Shown piece after piece: positions 8,958 through 18,834 of a stretch of 64,000 nt of DNA. This DNA comes from an uncultured Gammaproteobacteria bacterium (GTDB lineage Bacteria; Patescibacteriota; Microgenomatia; Daviesbacterales; UBA10151), in assembly GCA_964500725.1 (NCBI GenBank), contig CAZCNP010000002.1:5347-69346 (forward strand), written 5' to 3'. Under the pieces are notes generated by a model. That model was not told the origin of the DNA, did not search any database, and saw only the letters and a list, made by a program, of their open reading frames with translations. The first letter of the stretch is position 1. Each line of letters starts with the position of its first letter. Position numbers and translations under genes: made by a program.

Positions 8958-9893
8958 ATGAGCAAAAGAGTTATTAAGGCAATTTTAACTAAAGCTGTTC
9001 CCTTGTGGATGGTGCTTTTGATTGTTTTGAACTCTACTTTGGCAATGGGGATTGCCCAGTATTATTTAATGAGACAAGAGTTAAAAAGGAATCTGGCTGA
9101 GCTTGCTAAAACTACACAAAGTCCTGAGGAGCTAACACAAATACTAAAACAGCAAGTATTGCCTCAGGGTGGTTATAAAACATCTTTAAAATGGAAGGAT
9201 TTAGGTAAAAGGTTGGTAGAAATAGGAGCAATTGACAAGGCTAAATTTGAAGCAAGTTTGACTGATGATGCAGAAGGAAAAGACCATATGAAATATCTGG
9301 AAGGCAGCTCCGAGGATAATATCTCAATTAGTGAGACAAATTCCCATTTTGTAGTTAATTTCTTTTGGGCTTTAGGACTTGCCAACAAAAGCAAGGTTTT
9401 GGATGAGGGACCTATGAAAATAGGAGATACCCCAACAGCCAATTTTGCCTCAACTGGAGGTTGGACTTTAGGCGCAAAACCTGTAATGGAAATTTATTCT
9501 GCCTCAGAAATTATTCCCTTGACTGAGCAGCAGCAAGAGCTGGTAAAAAAGATTGCTGAAAATGTCTTCAGGCCTTGTTGCGGAAACAGCACAGCATTTC
9601 CTGATTGCAATCATGGTATGGCAGCTTTGGGTTATATTGAATGGGCTATTTATAATGGTTTACCAGAAAATCAAATTTATAAAGATTTACTTGCTTTCAA
9701 CTCATTTTGGTTCCCGCAAAATTATGTTGATATGGCGGTGTATTTTGATAAAGCTGGCACTAAATGGGCAAATGTTGATGCTAAAGCAGCTTTAGGTAGG
9801 GAAAATTCTTCTGCCCAAGGCGCAGCCCGCATTAGACAATCTGTCCAAAATGTCCCAGGAATACAAAGTCAAGGAGGGGGTTGTGGAGCTTAA
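8958..9893 (+). CDS. Uncharacterised membrane-anchored Cys/His protein
   Basis: N-terminal TM; RPCCGNSTAFPDCNHGMA; C-terminal GGGCGA. Confidence 0.75.
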   Translation: MSKRVIKAILTKAVPLWMVLLIVLNSTLAMGIAQYYLMRQELKRNLAELAKTTQSPEELTQILKQQVLPQGGYKTSLKWKDLGKRLVEIGAIDKAKFEASLTDDAEGKDHMKYLEGSSEDNISISETNSHFVVNFFWALGLANKSKVLDEGPMKIGDTPTANFASTGGWTLGAKPVMEIYSASEIIPLTEQQQELVKKIAENVFRPCCGNSTAFPDCNHGMAALGYIEWAIYNGLPENQIYKDLLAFNSFWFPQNYVDMAVYFDKAGTKWANVDAKAALGRENSSAQGAARIRQSVQNVPGIQSQGGGCGA

Positions 9894-9896
9894 ATT

Positions 9897-10733
9897 ATGG
9901 AACAGGTATTCTTTCAGACATCACTTATTGCTGCGTTTGTAGCAGGGATGGTAGCTTTATTTGCTCCCTGTTGTATTACTTTCTTGCTTCCGGCATATTT
10001 AGGCAGCGTTTTTAAGGAAAAAGAAAAAGTAATTTTAATGACCTTAGTTTTTGGAGCAGGAATTTTTGCAGTGCTGCTGCCGGCAGTTTTAGGGGTGGCT
10101 TTTGTTTCACGGCTTTTATTTAGGTATCACGATTTAATTTATATTGTTGGTGGAATTGTTATGTTAATAGTGGCAGTAACTACTTTTTTAGGCATAAAAC
10201 TGCCTATGCCTAATTTAGGAAAAGCAAATATAGGCGGAAGGACAGATGTTGGATCAATTTTTACCTTAGGTATCATCTCTGGTATTACCAGCGCTTGTTG
10301 CGCGCCAGTTTTAATTGGGATTATGACTTTGACCCTTCTTTCTCCCAGTTTTTTTGGGGCGCTTTTGATTGGGGGCATGTATGTGCTGGGAATGGTAATC
10401 CCGCTTCTTTTGATGGCTGTTTTTTTGTCTGGCAAAATGCCCCAACTATCAATTTTGCGAAAACCTATTTTAACTTTTGATTTGCTGGGTAAATCTTTTG
10501 TGGTGATTGTCAGTAATGCAATTGCAGCCTTGGTATTTTTAATTACAGGTTTGGCAGCCTTAGGACTTACTTTTACCGGGAAATTATCTGCAGAAAATAT
10601 GGATGTATTTACTAAAAGTATTACAGGAACCTTAAACAATGTAAACACAGTTTTAGGAAATAATATTTTATTAAATACCTTCTTTGTAGGGGTTTTGGTA
10701 GGTTTCATTTATTGGGTATCGAAAAAGGTATAA
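9897..10733 (+). CDS. CcdA/DsbD-like transmembrane protein
   Basis: Multi-TM with FAPCCITFLLP and SACCAPVL. Confidence 0.8.
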   Translation: MEQVFFQTSLIAAFVAGMVALFAPCCITFLLPAYLGSVFKEKEKVILMTLVFGAGIFAVLLPAVLGVAFVSRLLFRYHDLIYIVGGIVMLIVAVTTFLGIKLPMPNLGKANIGGRTDVGSIFTLGIISGITSACCAPVLIGIMTLTLLSPSFFGALLIGGMYVLGMVIPLLLMAVFLSGKMPQLSILRKPILTFDLLGKSFVVIVSNAIAALVFLITGLAALGLTFTGKLSAENMDVFTKSITGTLNNVNTVLGNNILLNTFFVGVLVGFIYWVSKKV

Positions 10734-10758
10734 AATTAGCATAGGAGGTGAGGATATT

Positions 10759-10893
10759 ATGATGGGTTATTGGGGATATCAGGGAATGATGAGCTCGGGG
10801 TTTGGAGTTTTAATGGTAATTCTTTGGCTGGTAATCTTGATAGATTTGATTCTATTAGGTATTTGGCTTTGGAAACAAATAAACAGACGGTAG
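10759..10893 (+). CDS. 44-aa single-TM peptide (missing from the ORF track)
   Basis: AGGAGG SD at 10743; MMGYWGYQGMMSSGFGVLMVILWLVILIDLILLGIWLWKQINRR. Confidence 0.75.
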   Translation: MMGYWGYQGMMSSGFGVLMVILWLVILIDLILLGIWLWKQINRR

Positions 10894-10909
10894 TAAGGAG
10901 GTGAGAAAA

Positions 10910-11173
10910 ATGTTAAATGCAAAAGCTTTTGCCAATGCTGCTACGGTTGTGATGGCAGTGTTTTATGTAGTTTGCGCGGTATTATCTTATTTGGCGCCTG
11001 ATTTGATTTATAGTATTAGCAGGTCATGGATGCATACTATAAATATTGAGTCAATCAAATCAACATTTACTCCAGATATGGGAATATTAGTTTGGGGGTT
11101 GGTAAGTTTATCAGCTCTGACATGGGCTACAACTTATATAACTATTGCTTTATATAACAAGTGGGCAAAGTAA
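10910..11173 (+). CDS. Small 2-TM protein (DUF5676-like)
   Basis: AGGAGG SD upstream; two TM helices flanking SWMH. Confidence 0.7.
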   Translation: MLNAKAFANAATVVMAVFYVVCAVLSYLAPDLIYSISRSWMHTINIESIKSTFTPDMGILVWGLVSLSALTWATTYITIALYNKWAK

Positions 11174-11202
11174 GATTGTTTTAAAAGGAGGTTATTAAGA
11201 TT

Positions 11203-11562
11203 ATGAGTGAAGATAAAATAATTGTGGTTGTTGTGGGATTTTTGGGGATAATTTTTACCTACTGGTTTTTCCTGATGAAAAAGGAAAAAGAAGTAGCAGT
11301 AAAAAACGAGGTAGATATTACTGTTTCCGGCGGATATTCCCCTGAGGTGATTTCAGTTCCTGTGGGAAAAACAACTAAGATCAATTTTTTAAGAACTGAT
11401 CCCACAGACTGTTTGTCTCAAGTAGTGCTGCCTGACTTTAGAATAAAAAGGGAGTTACCTTTAAACCAGAAAGTCAGTGTAGAAATAGCCCCTGAGAAAG
11501 CAGGAGAGTACGGGTACGCTTGTGGTATGAATATGTACCACGGAAAGATAATTGCCAAATGA
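11203..11562 (+). CDS. Membrane-anchored cupredoxin-domain protein (CupA-like)
   Basis: GGYSP, C...V, CGMNMYHG. Confidence 0.85.
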   Translation: MSEDKIIVVVVGFLGIIFTYWFFLMKKEKEVAVKNEVDITVSGGYSPEVISVPVGKTTKINFLRTDPTDCLSQVVLPDFRIKRELPLNQKVSVEIAPEKAGEYGYACGMNMYHGKIIAK

Positions 11563-13760
11563 CAGAAAGCAAAAAGACATTCGCTATTAAAGGTATGCAT
11601 TGTGCCTCTTGTGTGAGGGTGATTGAAAAATCACTTTCAAAAATTGCTGGGGTATCTTCTGCTACAGTTAATTTAGCCCTAGAAAAGGCTAGTGTTACTT
11701 ATGATCCAAATCTGGTAAGTGACCAACATCTTTCATCTGCTGTGGCCAATGTAGGTTATCAGGCTGTACTAGATCAAACTCTACAGGATGAAGACCAGCA
11801 AAAAGAGGAAAAGCAAAAAGAGCTAAAAAGCTTGCGCAGTAAAGTACTTTTAAGTTTAATACTGGGAGGCATAATCCTTTGGGGATCTTTTCCTGGTATT
11901 ATGCAGTTTTCTCCGCTTATTTTACAAAATAGTTTTGTCCAGATGCTTCTGGCTATTCCTGTTCAGTTTTGGGTAGGATTGGTATTTTATAAAGCTACTA
12001 TTCCTGCATTAAGACACAGGACTGCCAATATGGATACACTGGTGGCTTTAGGCACTACAGTTGCTTTTGCCTATTCTGCTTTTGTTACCATGTTCCCTCA
12101 AGTTGTCCAAAAAGTAGGCATTGAGCCAATGCCTTATTTTGATGTTTCCACAATTATTATTGGTTTGATTTTACTGGGAAGATATTTTGAGGCCAAAGCT
12201 AAGGCAGGCACATCTGAGGCAATAAAAAGATTAATAGGTTTGCAGGCCAAAACAGCCAGGGTAATAAAGAATGGTAAAGAGATAGATATTCCTATATCAC
12301 AAGTAGCTGCAGGAATGGTAATAAGAGTGAGGCCTGGTGAGAAAATTCCTGTAGATGGAATTATTGTTGAGGGTGAATCAAGTATTGATGAGTCTATGGT
12401 AACAGGTGAAAGTATTCCTGTTGAAAAAAGTAAGGGCGATACAGTGGTGGGAGCTACCATCAATAAAACAGGCACATTTACTTTTAAAGCAACTAAAGTG
12501 GGCAGCGATACTCTGCTTTCTCAAATTATCAAACTAGTAGAAGAAGCCCAAAGCTCCAAAGCGCCTATTCAAAGGCTGGCTGATTTAATTTCTTCCTACT
12601 TTGTGCCGATTGTGATAATGCTTGCCATACTGACTTTTGTAGTTTGGTATGTGTTAGGACCTAATCCAGCGTTCTTGTTTGCCATGCTTAATATGGTGGC
12701 AGTTTTAATTATCGCCTGTCCTTGCGCCATGGGGTTGGCTACCCCTACTGCTATTATGGTGGGAACAGGTTTAGGAGCTGAGCATGGGATTTTAATAAAA
12801 GATGCTGAAAGTTTAGAAATTGCCCATAAAATAAATACAATTGTGTTTGATAAAACAGGAACACTAACTAAAGGAAAGCCTGAGGTAACTGATGCTGTTG
12901 GTGATGTATTGCAGCTGGCGGCCTCATTGGAAAAAGGATCTGAGCATTCTTTGGCTGAGGCAATTGTTAAAAAGGGTGAGACAGAGAAGGTATCTTTTCA
13001 AAAGGTGGAAAAGTTTAAAGCTATTCCTGGACATGGAGTAGAGGGAGTTATAGATGGCAAAAAAGTAGTTTTGGGAAATAGGAAACTTATGGTAAGAGAA
13101 AAAATTGAGATTTCCCAAAAAGATCTGGAGAAATTAGAAAATGAAGGGAAAACTGTAATGATGTTGGGCGTTGGAGGGAAGCTAATTGGTTTGATAGCTG
13201 TTGCTGATACTATCAAAGAATCTGCCAAAGATGCTGTTAAAGAACTGCAGGATATGGGGATTGAGACGATTATGATTACTGGTGATAATCAAATAACTGC
13301 TCAAGCTATCGCCAGACAAGTTGGTATCAAAAAGGTGCTGGCAGAGGTATTACCAGATGAGAAGGAAAAAGAGGTAAAAAAGTTGCAAGACATGGGTAAA
13401 AAAGTAGCCTTTGCTGGTGATGGGATCAATGATGCCCCAGCTTTGGCTCAGGCAGATGTAGGTATTGCTATGGGAACTGGTACTGATGTTGCAATAGAGG
13501 CAGGAGATATAACTTTGATAAATAATGATTTGCGCTCAGTTTCCTCAGCTATAAATTTATCTAAAAAAACCATGAGAACAATAAGACTTAACCTTTTCTG
13601 GGCTTTTGGGTATAATATCATTTTGATACCTGTAGCTATGGGAATTTTATATCCTTTTTTCCAGATTCTTTTAAGCCCGATCTTTGCCTCAGCAGCAATG
13701 GCTTTGAGTTCAATCTCAGTAGTTGGCAATTCATTACTTCTAAAAAGGGTAAGAATTTAA
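11559..13760 (+). CDS. copA: Cu(I)-exporting P1B-1 ATPase
   Basis: GMHCASC HMA domain, TGES, CPC, DKTGT, GDGIND, YN and MxxSS; start moved to the ATG at 11559. Confidence 0.95.
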   Translation: MTESKKTFAIKGMHCASCVRVIEKSLSKIAGVSSATVNLALEKASVTYDPNLVSDQHLSSAVANVGYQAVLDQTLQDEDQQKEEKQKELKSLRSKVLLSLILGGIILWGSFPGIMQFSPLILQNSFVQMLLAIPVQFWVGLVFYKATIPALRHRTANMDTLVALGTTVAFAYSAFVTMFPQVVQKVGIEPMPYFDVSTIIIGLILLGRYFEAKAKAGTSEAIKRLIGLQAKTARVIKNGKEIDIPISQVAAGMVIRVRPGEKIPVDGIIVEGESSIDESMVTGESIPVEKSKGDTVVGATINKTGTFTFKATKVGSDTLLSQIIKLVEEAQSSKAPIQRLADLISSYFVPIVIMLAILTFVVWYVLGPNPAFLFAMLNMVAVLIIACPCAMGLATPTAIMVGTGLGAEHGILIKDAESLEIAHKINTIVFDKTGTLTKGKPEVTDAVGDVLQLAASLEKGSEHSLAEAIVKKGETEKVSFQKVEKFKAIPGHGVEGVIDGKKVVLGNRKLMVREKIEISQKDLEKLENEGKTVMMLGVGGKLIGLIAVADTIKESAKDAVKELQDMGIETIMITGDNQITAQAIARQVGIKKVLAEVLPDEKEKEVKKLQDMGKKVAFAGDGINDAPALAQADVGIAMGTGTDVAIEAGDITLINNDLRSVSSAINLSKKTMRTIRLNLFWAFGYNIILIPVAMGILYPFFQILLSPIFASAAMALSSISVVGNSLLLKRVRI

Positions 13761-13775
13761 CACAATATAAACCTT

Positions 13776-14807
13776 ATGGATCTTTGGGTAGTGTTTTTAA
13801 CTGGTTTAACAGTGGGAGGAGTAACTTGCATGGCAGTGCAAGGTGGTTTATTGGCTTCTACCTTGGCTGCCCGTGAGGAAGAGGATGTTAGAGCAGGTTT
13901 GCACCACAAGCATAATATGTGGCCAACTTTAGCATTTTTAACAACCAAATTTATTGCCTATACAACATTGGGTTTTATTTTAGGGAGTTTTGGATCAGCC
14001 TTGGCTTTATCAGATAGCGCCAGAGTAGTGATGCAAATTGCAGCCAGTATTTATATGATTGTAGTGGCGTTGAATTTATTAAACGTTCACCCTATTTTTA
14101 GATATGCCATAATACAACCTCCTAAATTTCTAACAAGACTTGTCAGAAATCAATCCAAAAGCAAAGATATTTTTGCCCCAGCTTTTTTGGGAGCTTTGAC
14201 TATTTTTATTCCTTGCGGAACAACTTTGGCAATGGAGGCTTTGGCTATCTCCTCAGGCAGTCCATTTTTAGGAGCAGCTATCTTAGGAGTATTTGTGTTA
14301 GGGACCTCTCCACTCTTTTTTGGGTTAGGATTTGTAACAACCTTTTTAGGGGATACTTTTAGAACCAAGTTTTTAAAAATAGCTGCAGTAGGGGTATTGT
14401 ATTTAGGAGCTACCTCTTTAAATGCAGCTTTGGTAGTTGCAGGGTCGCCTATTAATTTACAAACCATTGCTGATAATAGCCCAATTCAAATAGATTTCTC
14501 TGGGGGATCAGACAAGCAGCAATCTGGAGGGACAATTATTGATGGAGAGCAACAAATAAATATCCAAGCTTTTTCAAATGGGTATAACCCTACCTATGTT
14601 GCTTTAAAAGCAGGGGTGCCAACAAAATTAAATTTAATAGCAGGCAGCAGATTGGGCTGTGCTTCCCAGTTTAAAATTCCTACCTTAGGTATCAGTAGGG
14701 ATTTAGTTCCAAATACTACAACAACAATTGAATTTACCCCTCCAAAAGGAAAAATAATTGGCACATGCGCTATGGGAATGTTTTATGTGGTAATGGAGGC
14801 AAGTTAA
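13776..14807 (+). CDS. DsbD_2/TauE-like membrane protein with C-terminal cupredoxin
   Basis: TCMAVQGG and IPCG TM motifs; C-terminal GYNP, GCA, CAMGMF. Confidence 0.8.
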   Translation: MDLWVVFLTGLTVGGVTCMAVQGGLLASTLAAREEEDVRAGLHHKHNMWPTLAFLTTKFIAYTTLGFILGSFGSALALSDSARVVMQIAASIYMIVVALNLLNVHPIFRYAIIQPPKFLTRLVRNQSKSKDIFAPAFLGALTIFIPCGTTLAMEALAISSGSPFLGAAILGVFVLGTSPLFFGLGFVTTFLGDTFRTKFLKIAAVGVLYLGATSLNAALVVAGSPINLQTIADNSPIQIDFSGGSDKQQSGGTIIDGEQQINIQAFSNGYNPTYVALKAGVPTKLNLIAGSRLGCASQFKIPTLGISRDLVPNTTTTIEFTPPKGKIIGTCAMGMFYVVMEAS

Positions 14808-14833
14808 TGTAAAATGTACAATTTACAATGTAC
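14806..14833. repeat. Heptamer tandem repeat (4 copies)
   Basis: AATGTAA-AATGTAC-AATTTAC-AATGTAC. Confidence 0.6.
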
Positions 14834-14839
14834 AAAGAT

Positions 14840-15058
14840 ATGAAACAGACAAAGCGCAAATTTAAGATAACGGGGATGCACTGCAGTTCTTGTGCAATGA
14901 GTATTGATATGGATCTAGAGGATCTAGAAGGGATTAAATGTTCTAATACCTCTTACGCCAAAGAGGAAACAGAAGTAGAATTTGATTCTGATAAAGTATC
15001 AGATACTTTGGTAATAGAAACCATTAAAAAAACAGGCTACAGTGCTATACTAAAATAA
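14840..15058 (+). CDS. copZ: CopZ-like HMA metallochaperone
   Basis: ITGMHCSSC ... GY; ~72 aa. Confidence 0.85.
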   Translation: MKQTKRKFKITGMHCSSCAMSIDMDLEDLEGIKCSNTSYAKEETEVEFDSDKVSDTLVIETIKKTGYSAILK

Positions 15059-16158
15059 TGGCCTTTGATTTAATTTCCATTGGTGATGCCAGGATTGATA
15101 ATTGTGTACATCTGCCACAGGCTCATTTGGCTTGTACTATCAATAAAGAAAAGTGTGAGCTCTGTTTAAACTTTGGGGATAAAATTCCTATAGATGATGT
15201 AAAAAGTATGCCTGCAGGGAATAACAATAATAATGCTATTGGCTCTGCCAGATTAAAACTAAAAACAGCTCTTTTTGTAAATATTGGGGCAGATACTAAT
15301 GGTAAGGTTATCTTGGAAAACTTAAAAAAAGAAGGGGTGGATACAAGGTATGTGGCTGTTAATAAAGATGTAGCTACAGAACAATCAGTAGTTATCAACT
15401 ACCAGGGAGAAAGAACAATTTTAGTTTATCATTATCCTTGGAATTATAGTCTGCCAGATTTAGATAGGACAAGATGGGTTTATTTTAGTTCTGTATCCTA
15501 TTCTTTTTCTAAAACTTCTTTAGTTTCTCAGATTGAACAATACATAGAAAGGACGGGGGCTAATTTGGTTTTTGCCCCAGGAACACATCAATTAAATTAT
15601 GGAATTAAAAAATACCCCAGATTACTGTCTCTAACCAGGATTTTAATAGTAAACAAAGAAGAAGCCAAAAAAATATTAGGGATAGATGAAGGCAGAAAAG
15701 TTGAGATTAAAAAATTACTGAAAGATTTATTAGCTTTAGGCCCAAAGGTAGTAGTAATTACTGATGGGGGGGAAGGCTCATATAGTTTTGATGGGGAGAG
15801 CTTTTACCAACTGGGGGTTTTCCCTGCTAATCTTGTAGAGATGACAGGGGCAGGAGATGCTTATGCTACAGGATTACTGGCTGGCTTTTTTTATGGAAAG
15901 AGTTTACCTGAGGCTATGAGATGGGGGGCAGCCAATGGGGCAGCAGTGGTAGAAAAAGTAGGTCCTCAAGCAGGATTATTAACTTATGAAAAAATGCAGG
16001 AAAAATTAAAAGAAAACCCAAAAATTCAATTAACGATTACTCTTGTGCCTGGATTGTCTGAGGTGGCATGGGCCACATTTTCTCCTGGGGCAACTACTGG
16101 ACCAGCCCATTCAAACAGTTTTGTAACTGAAGCCAAGGGTGAGTTAACACATCCATGA
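15058..16158 (+). CDS. PfkB-family carbohydrate kinase (C-terminus runs into the opposite gene)
   Basis: ITDGGEGS, TGAGDAY, ANGAAVV. Confidence 0.85.
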   Translation: MAFDLISIGDARIDNCVHLPQAHLACTINKEKCELCLNFGDKIPIDDVKSMPAGNNNNNAIGSARLKLKTALFVNIGADTNGKVILENLKKEGVDTRYVAVNKDVATEQSVVINYQGERTILVYHYPWNYSLPDLDRTRWVYFSSVSYSFSKTSLVSQIEQYIERTGANLVFAPGTHQLNYGIKKYPRLLSLTRILIVNKEEAKKILGIDEGRKVEIKKLLKDLLALGPKVVVITDGGEGSYSFDGESFYQLGVFPANLVEMTGAGDAYATGLLAGFFYGKSLPEAMRWGAANGAAVVEKVGPQAGLLTYEKMQEKLKENPKIQLTITLVPGLSEVAWATFSPGATTGPAHSNSFVTEAKGELTHP

Positions 16159-16748
16159 CTCATTGGGTGGCCAAAGTTATTATGCCAATAAGCTCCATGG
16201 ATAGCATAGCCTTTATGAAAAAACATATTGCTTGGCACATTAGGTAAATAATAATAAGTTCCCATTTCTTTTGAACCACCAGACATAGTTTGATTTCTGG
16301 TTTTGTGCCAGATGGCAAAAGTGCCTGTAGGGGTTGGGGACCAAAGACCTGATGAGATAGGAAATTCTTGTACTAATCTGGTTCCCTCCCAGGCTCTTAA
16401 TCGTTGTTCTTTCAAAGAGACCTCAATCCATTTTTCCTGCCCTGCTGTATTGGTAGTTCCCAAAACTGCTTTGTCATCACTCGCGCTTTGGGCTAATTGT
16501 TGGGCATAACTGTAGGCTAGAGAGGTTTTAGGATAGTCTATTACCTGGCTGTTAAAGATAGCTGTAGAGGCTTCTTCATCAAACTTACCATCTTGTTTTA
16601 AAATTTCTTTCTCGTTGCAGCAAGAGGTAGTAGTGTCTCCAGAAATATGAAGTTTGTAAGCTATGGTTTGTTTAACTGACTGAAAATTAAAAACAACATA
16701 AAAAGCAGCAATTATAAGAAGCAGGACTGGCAGTAGGCGGTGCAGCAC
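16026..16748 (-). CDS. L,D-transpeptidase (YkuD domain), membrane-anchored
   Basis: WIEVSLKEQRL, TPTG.F, AIHGAYWH...SHGCVN; start uncertain. Confidence 0.9.
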   Translation of the reverse strand: MLHRLLPVLLLIIAAFYVVFNFQSVKQTIAYKLHISGDTTTSCCNEKEILKQDGKFDEEASTAIFNSQVIDYPKTSLAYSYAQQLAQSASDDKAVLGTTNTAGQEKWIEVSLKEQRLRAWEGTRLVQEFPISSGLWSPTPTGTFAIWHKTRNQTMSGGSKEMGTYYYLPNVPSNMFFHKGYAIHGAYWHNNFGHPMSHGCVNSPLASVTKLFEWAGPVVAPGENVAHATSDNPGTRVIVN

Positions 16749-16814
16749 AATTAAATTGTGAGCCAAACTTAATATAGACGTCAAGAGGCAGTTTTAGGTA
16801 ATATAAAAAATTAC

Positions 16815-17744
16815 ATGAAAAAGCTTTTACCTTTTGTGCCTTTGTTTCTTTTGGCTCTTTCTTTTTTAATTTATCCAAATACAAAAGAGCAACCCAGAGA
16901 GTTAATTTCCCCTAAGGTTAGACAGGAAAATATATTAGGAATAAACCAATGGCTACCAGGAGCAGGAGATCCAGTAGGTGGGCCAGCAGAGATTCAAACA
17001 GGTGCTCCAGTAGTTACTGCCAATGCAGCTTTGTTTTTAGACAGTAAAAATGGAGAGATGTTTTATTCAAAAAATATCCACCAACAGTTACCAATTGCCT
17101 CTTTGGTTAAGGTCATGACAATTTTGATAGCTTTAGAACATAAAAGCATGATAGATGAATTTGTAGTAAGCCAAAGGGCTGCTTTAATGGAGCCAGATAA
17201 GATGTTGCTGATTGCTGGGGAAAAACTAACTTTAAAAGAATTACTATCTGGGATATTTTTAATTTCAGCCAATGATGCAGCAGAGGTTTTAGCAGAACAA
17301 ACAATAGGAAGCAGGGAAGAATTTATCAAGCTGATGAATGAAAAGGCAAAGCAATTAGGGATGAAAAATAGTTATTTTGCAAATCCTACTGGTTTGGATG
17401 AGGATTCAGGCAACTCTTACTCAACAGTATATGATTTGGCAATCTTAACCAGGTATTTGATTAAGCGTTACCCTGAGGTGGTGGATATTTCCAAGACAGA
17501 ACATATATATCTCCCAATTACAGAAAACCATCAGGATTATGATATGTACTCAGGAATAAATTTACTAACAACCTATCCAGGGGTAGTCGGGTTTAAAACT
17601 GGCTTTACCCCAGAGGCAGGTTATACCCTAATTACTTTAGCCAGAAAAGATAATCATGAGGTAATAGGAGTACTCTTAGGTTCAGCCTACAGAAGGGATG
17701 AGGCAAGAGAGTTACTAGATTATTCTTTTGATAAGTTAAAGTAA
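16815..17744 (+). CDS. D-Ala-D-Ala carboxypeptidase (S11)
   Basis: ASLVK (SxxK), SANDA (SxN), KTGFT. Confidence 0.92.
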   Translation: MKKLLPFVPLFLLALSFLIYPNTKEQPRELISPKVRQENILGINQWLPGAGDPVGGPAEIQTGAPVVTANAALFLDSKNGEMFYSKNIHQQLPIASLVKVMTILIALEHKSMIDEFVVSQRAALMEPDKMLLIAGEKLTLKELLSGIFLISANDAAEVLAEQTIGSREEFIKLMNEKAKQLGMKNSYFANPTGLDEDSGNSYSTVYDLAILTRYLIKRYPEVVDISKTEHIYLPITENHQDYDMYSGINLLTTYPGVVGFKTGFTPEAGYTLITLARKDNHEVIGVLLGSAYRRDEARELLDYSFDKLK

Positions 17745-17748
17745 AAAT

Positions 17749-18237
17749 TTAAACAGGGGTTGAAACTGGATTTGGAGTGGTGTTTACTACTTGAAAACCA
17801 GTATATACTGGTAATTCAGCATCTATTACCTCTCGATATTGCCATGACCAATTAATCTCAGATAAATCTTTTCTAGATAAGGTGACTGTAACTGGGTTTT
17901 CCTGAGGTAATTGTGGTTTCCAAGCAGCATAATAGTCACAAGCGTCCCAGCCCTCTTCACATAACACCATTCTGACAGCATCCTCTCTTGGTAATCCAAC
18001 CATAAATCCATTATTTGTAATAGCAACTGTTGGAAAACTACCCTTGGGTAATGATTGTATTTCAAGTACAGCTGATCTTAGACGCACTAGCGTGTCTTTT
18101 TGACCGACTTTAATTCCTAATCTAAATTCAGGATGGAAAGCATCTTCTGGTTTGCTACCTTCCTCACCTCCATATGCCCCAGCACTAATAAAAAAGTATT
18201 CTACAGGATATTCTCCAGGACTGACTGCTTCAATCAT
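17749..18237 (-). CDS. Hypothetical protein
   Basis: 162-aa ORF with its own TTGACA-18-TAAATT promoter 5 nt before the ATG. Confidence 0.6.
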   Translation of the reverse strand: MIEAVSPGEYPVEYFFISAGAYGGEEGSKPEDAFHPEFRLGIKVGQKDTLVRLRSAVLEIQSLPKGSFPTVAITNNGFMVGLPREDAVRMVLCEEGWDACDYYAAWKPQLPQENPVTVTLSRKDLSEINWSWQYREVIDAELPVYTGFQVVNTTPNPVSTPV

Positions 18238-18358
18238 AGCTGAATTTAACCACAGGTTAGAGTAGGTGTCAAGATTAGACCAAGAGGGTTATTTATTCGA
18301 ATAGTTATTGACTATTTGAACTGAGGTGCTATACTCCTGTTTTATACTGTCAAATAAT

Positions 18359-18775
18359 ATGGCTATTATAGAACAAGAACAACAATCCGCACGAGAACAG
18401 GCCGCCCAAGTAATTGCTGCGCAAGCACACAAAAGATTGGCTTTTTATAGGTTGACCCAAATTCAGCAGGCTGGTCAAGAGTCTCTACTACCACTTCCTA
18501 TTAATGATGCGAGAGGTAATAAATACACGGTAGATGAGAGGGTTGGCTTTGTTGCATGGCTTATGGCTCATTATCATGTTGATGAAGAAATGACGAGGAA
18601 AAGACGAAGGGCAGACGAGGAAGAGGAACTAGCACCAAGACAGTTAACTCGGCAGGAAGCTGCTTTAGTAAGAGAGCAAGAGGCAGCAAGACAAGAACGA
18701 GACAGAGGCGCTAAAAGAGAAAGAATCTTCGGATCTGGTCCTTTTCAAGACTCAAGACCGAATCTAGATATTTAA
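18359..18775 (+). CDS. Hypothetical charged helical protein
   Basis: ORF downstream of a TTGACT/TATACT promoter; start moved to 18359. Confidence 0.55.
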   Translation: MAIIEQEQQSAREQAAQVIAAQAHKRLAFYRLTQIQQAGQESLLPLPINDARGNKYTVDERVGFVAWLMAHYHVDEEMTRKRRRADEEEELAPRQLTRQEAALVREQEAARQERDRGAKRERIFGSGPFQDSRPNLDI

Positions 18776-18834
18776 CTTTATTTGTATTTAAAATTTCCTT
18801 GCAAAAAGATTTGGTGAAGGTGTATTGTTAGGGT

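Noticed and set aside
10139-10708. Long antisense ORFs (also 1384-1662, 5506-5916, 19199-19549, 42986-43417, 43585-43986)
   Set aside because: They are shadows or alternate frames of well-supported genes and show no motifs.
14813-14834. Possible CopY cop box (TACAnnTGTA)
   Set aside because: The spacer is 1 nt (TACA-A-TGTA), no CopY is present, and the heptamer repeat explains it.
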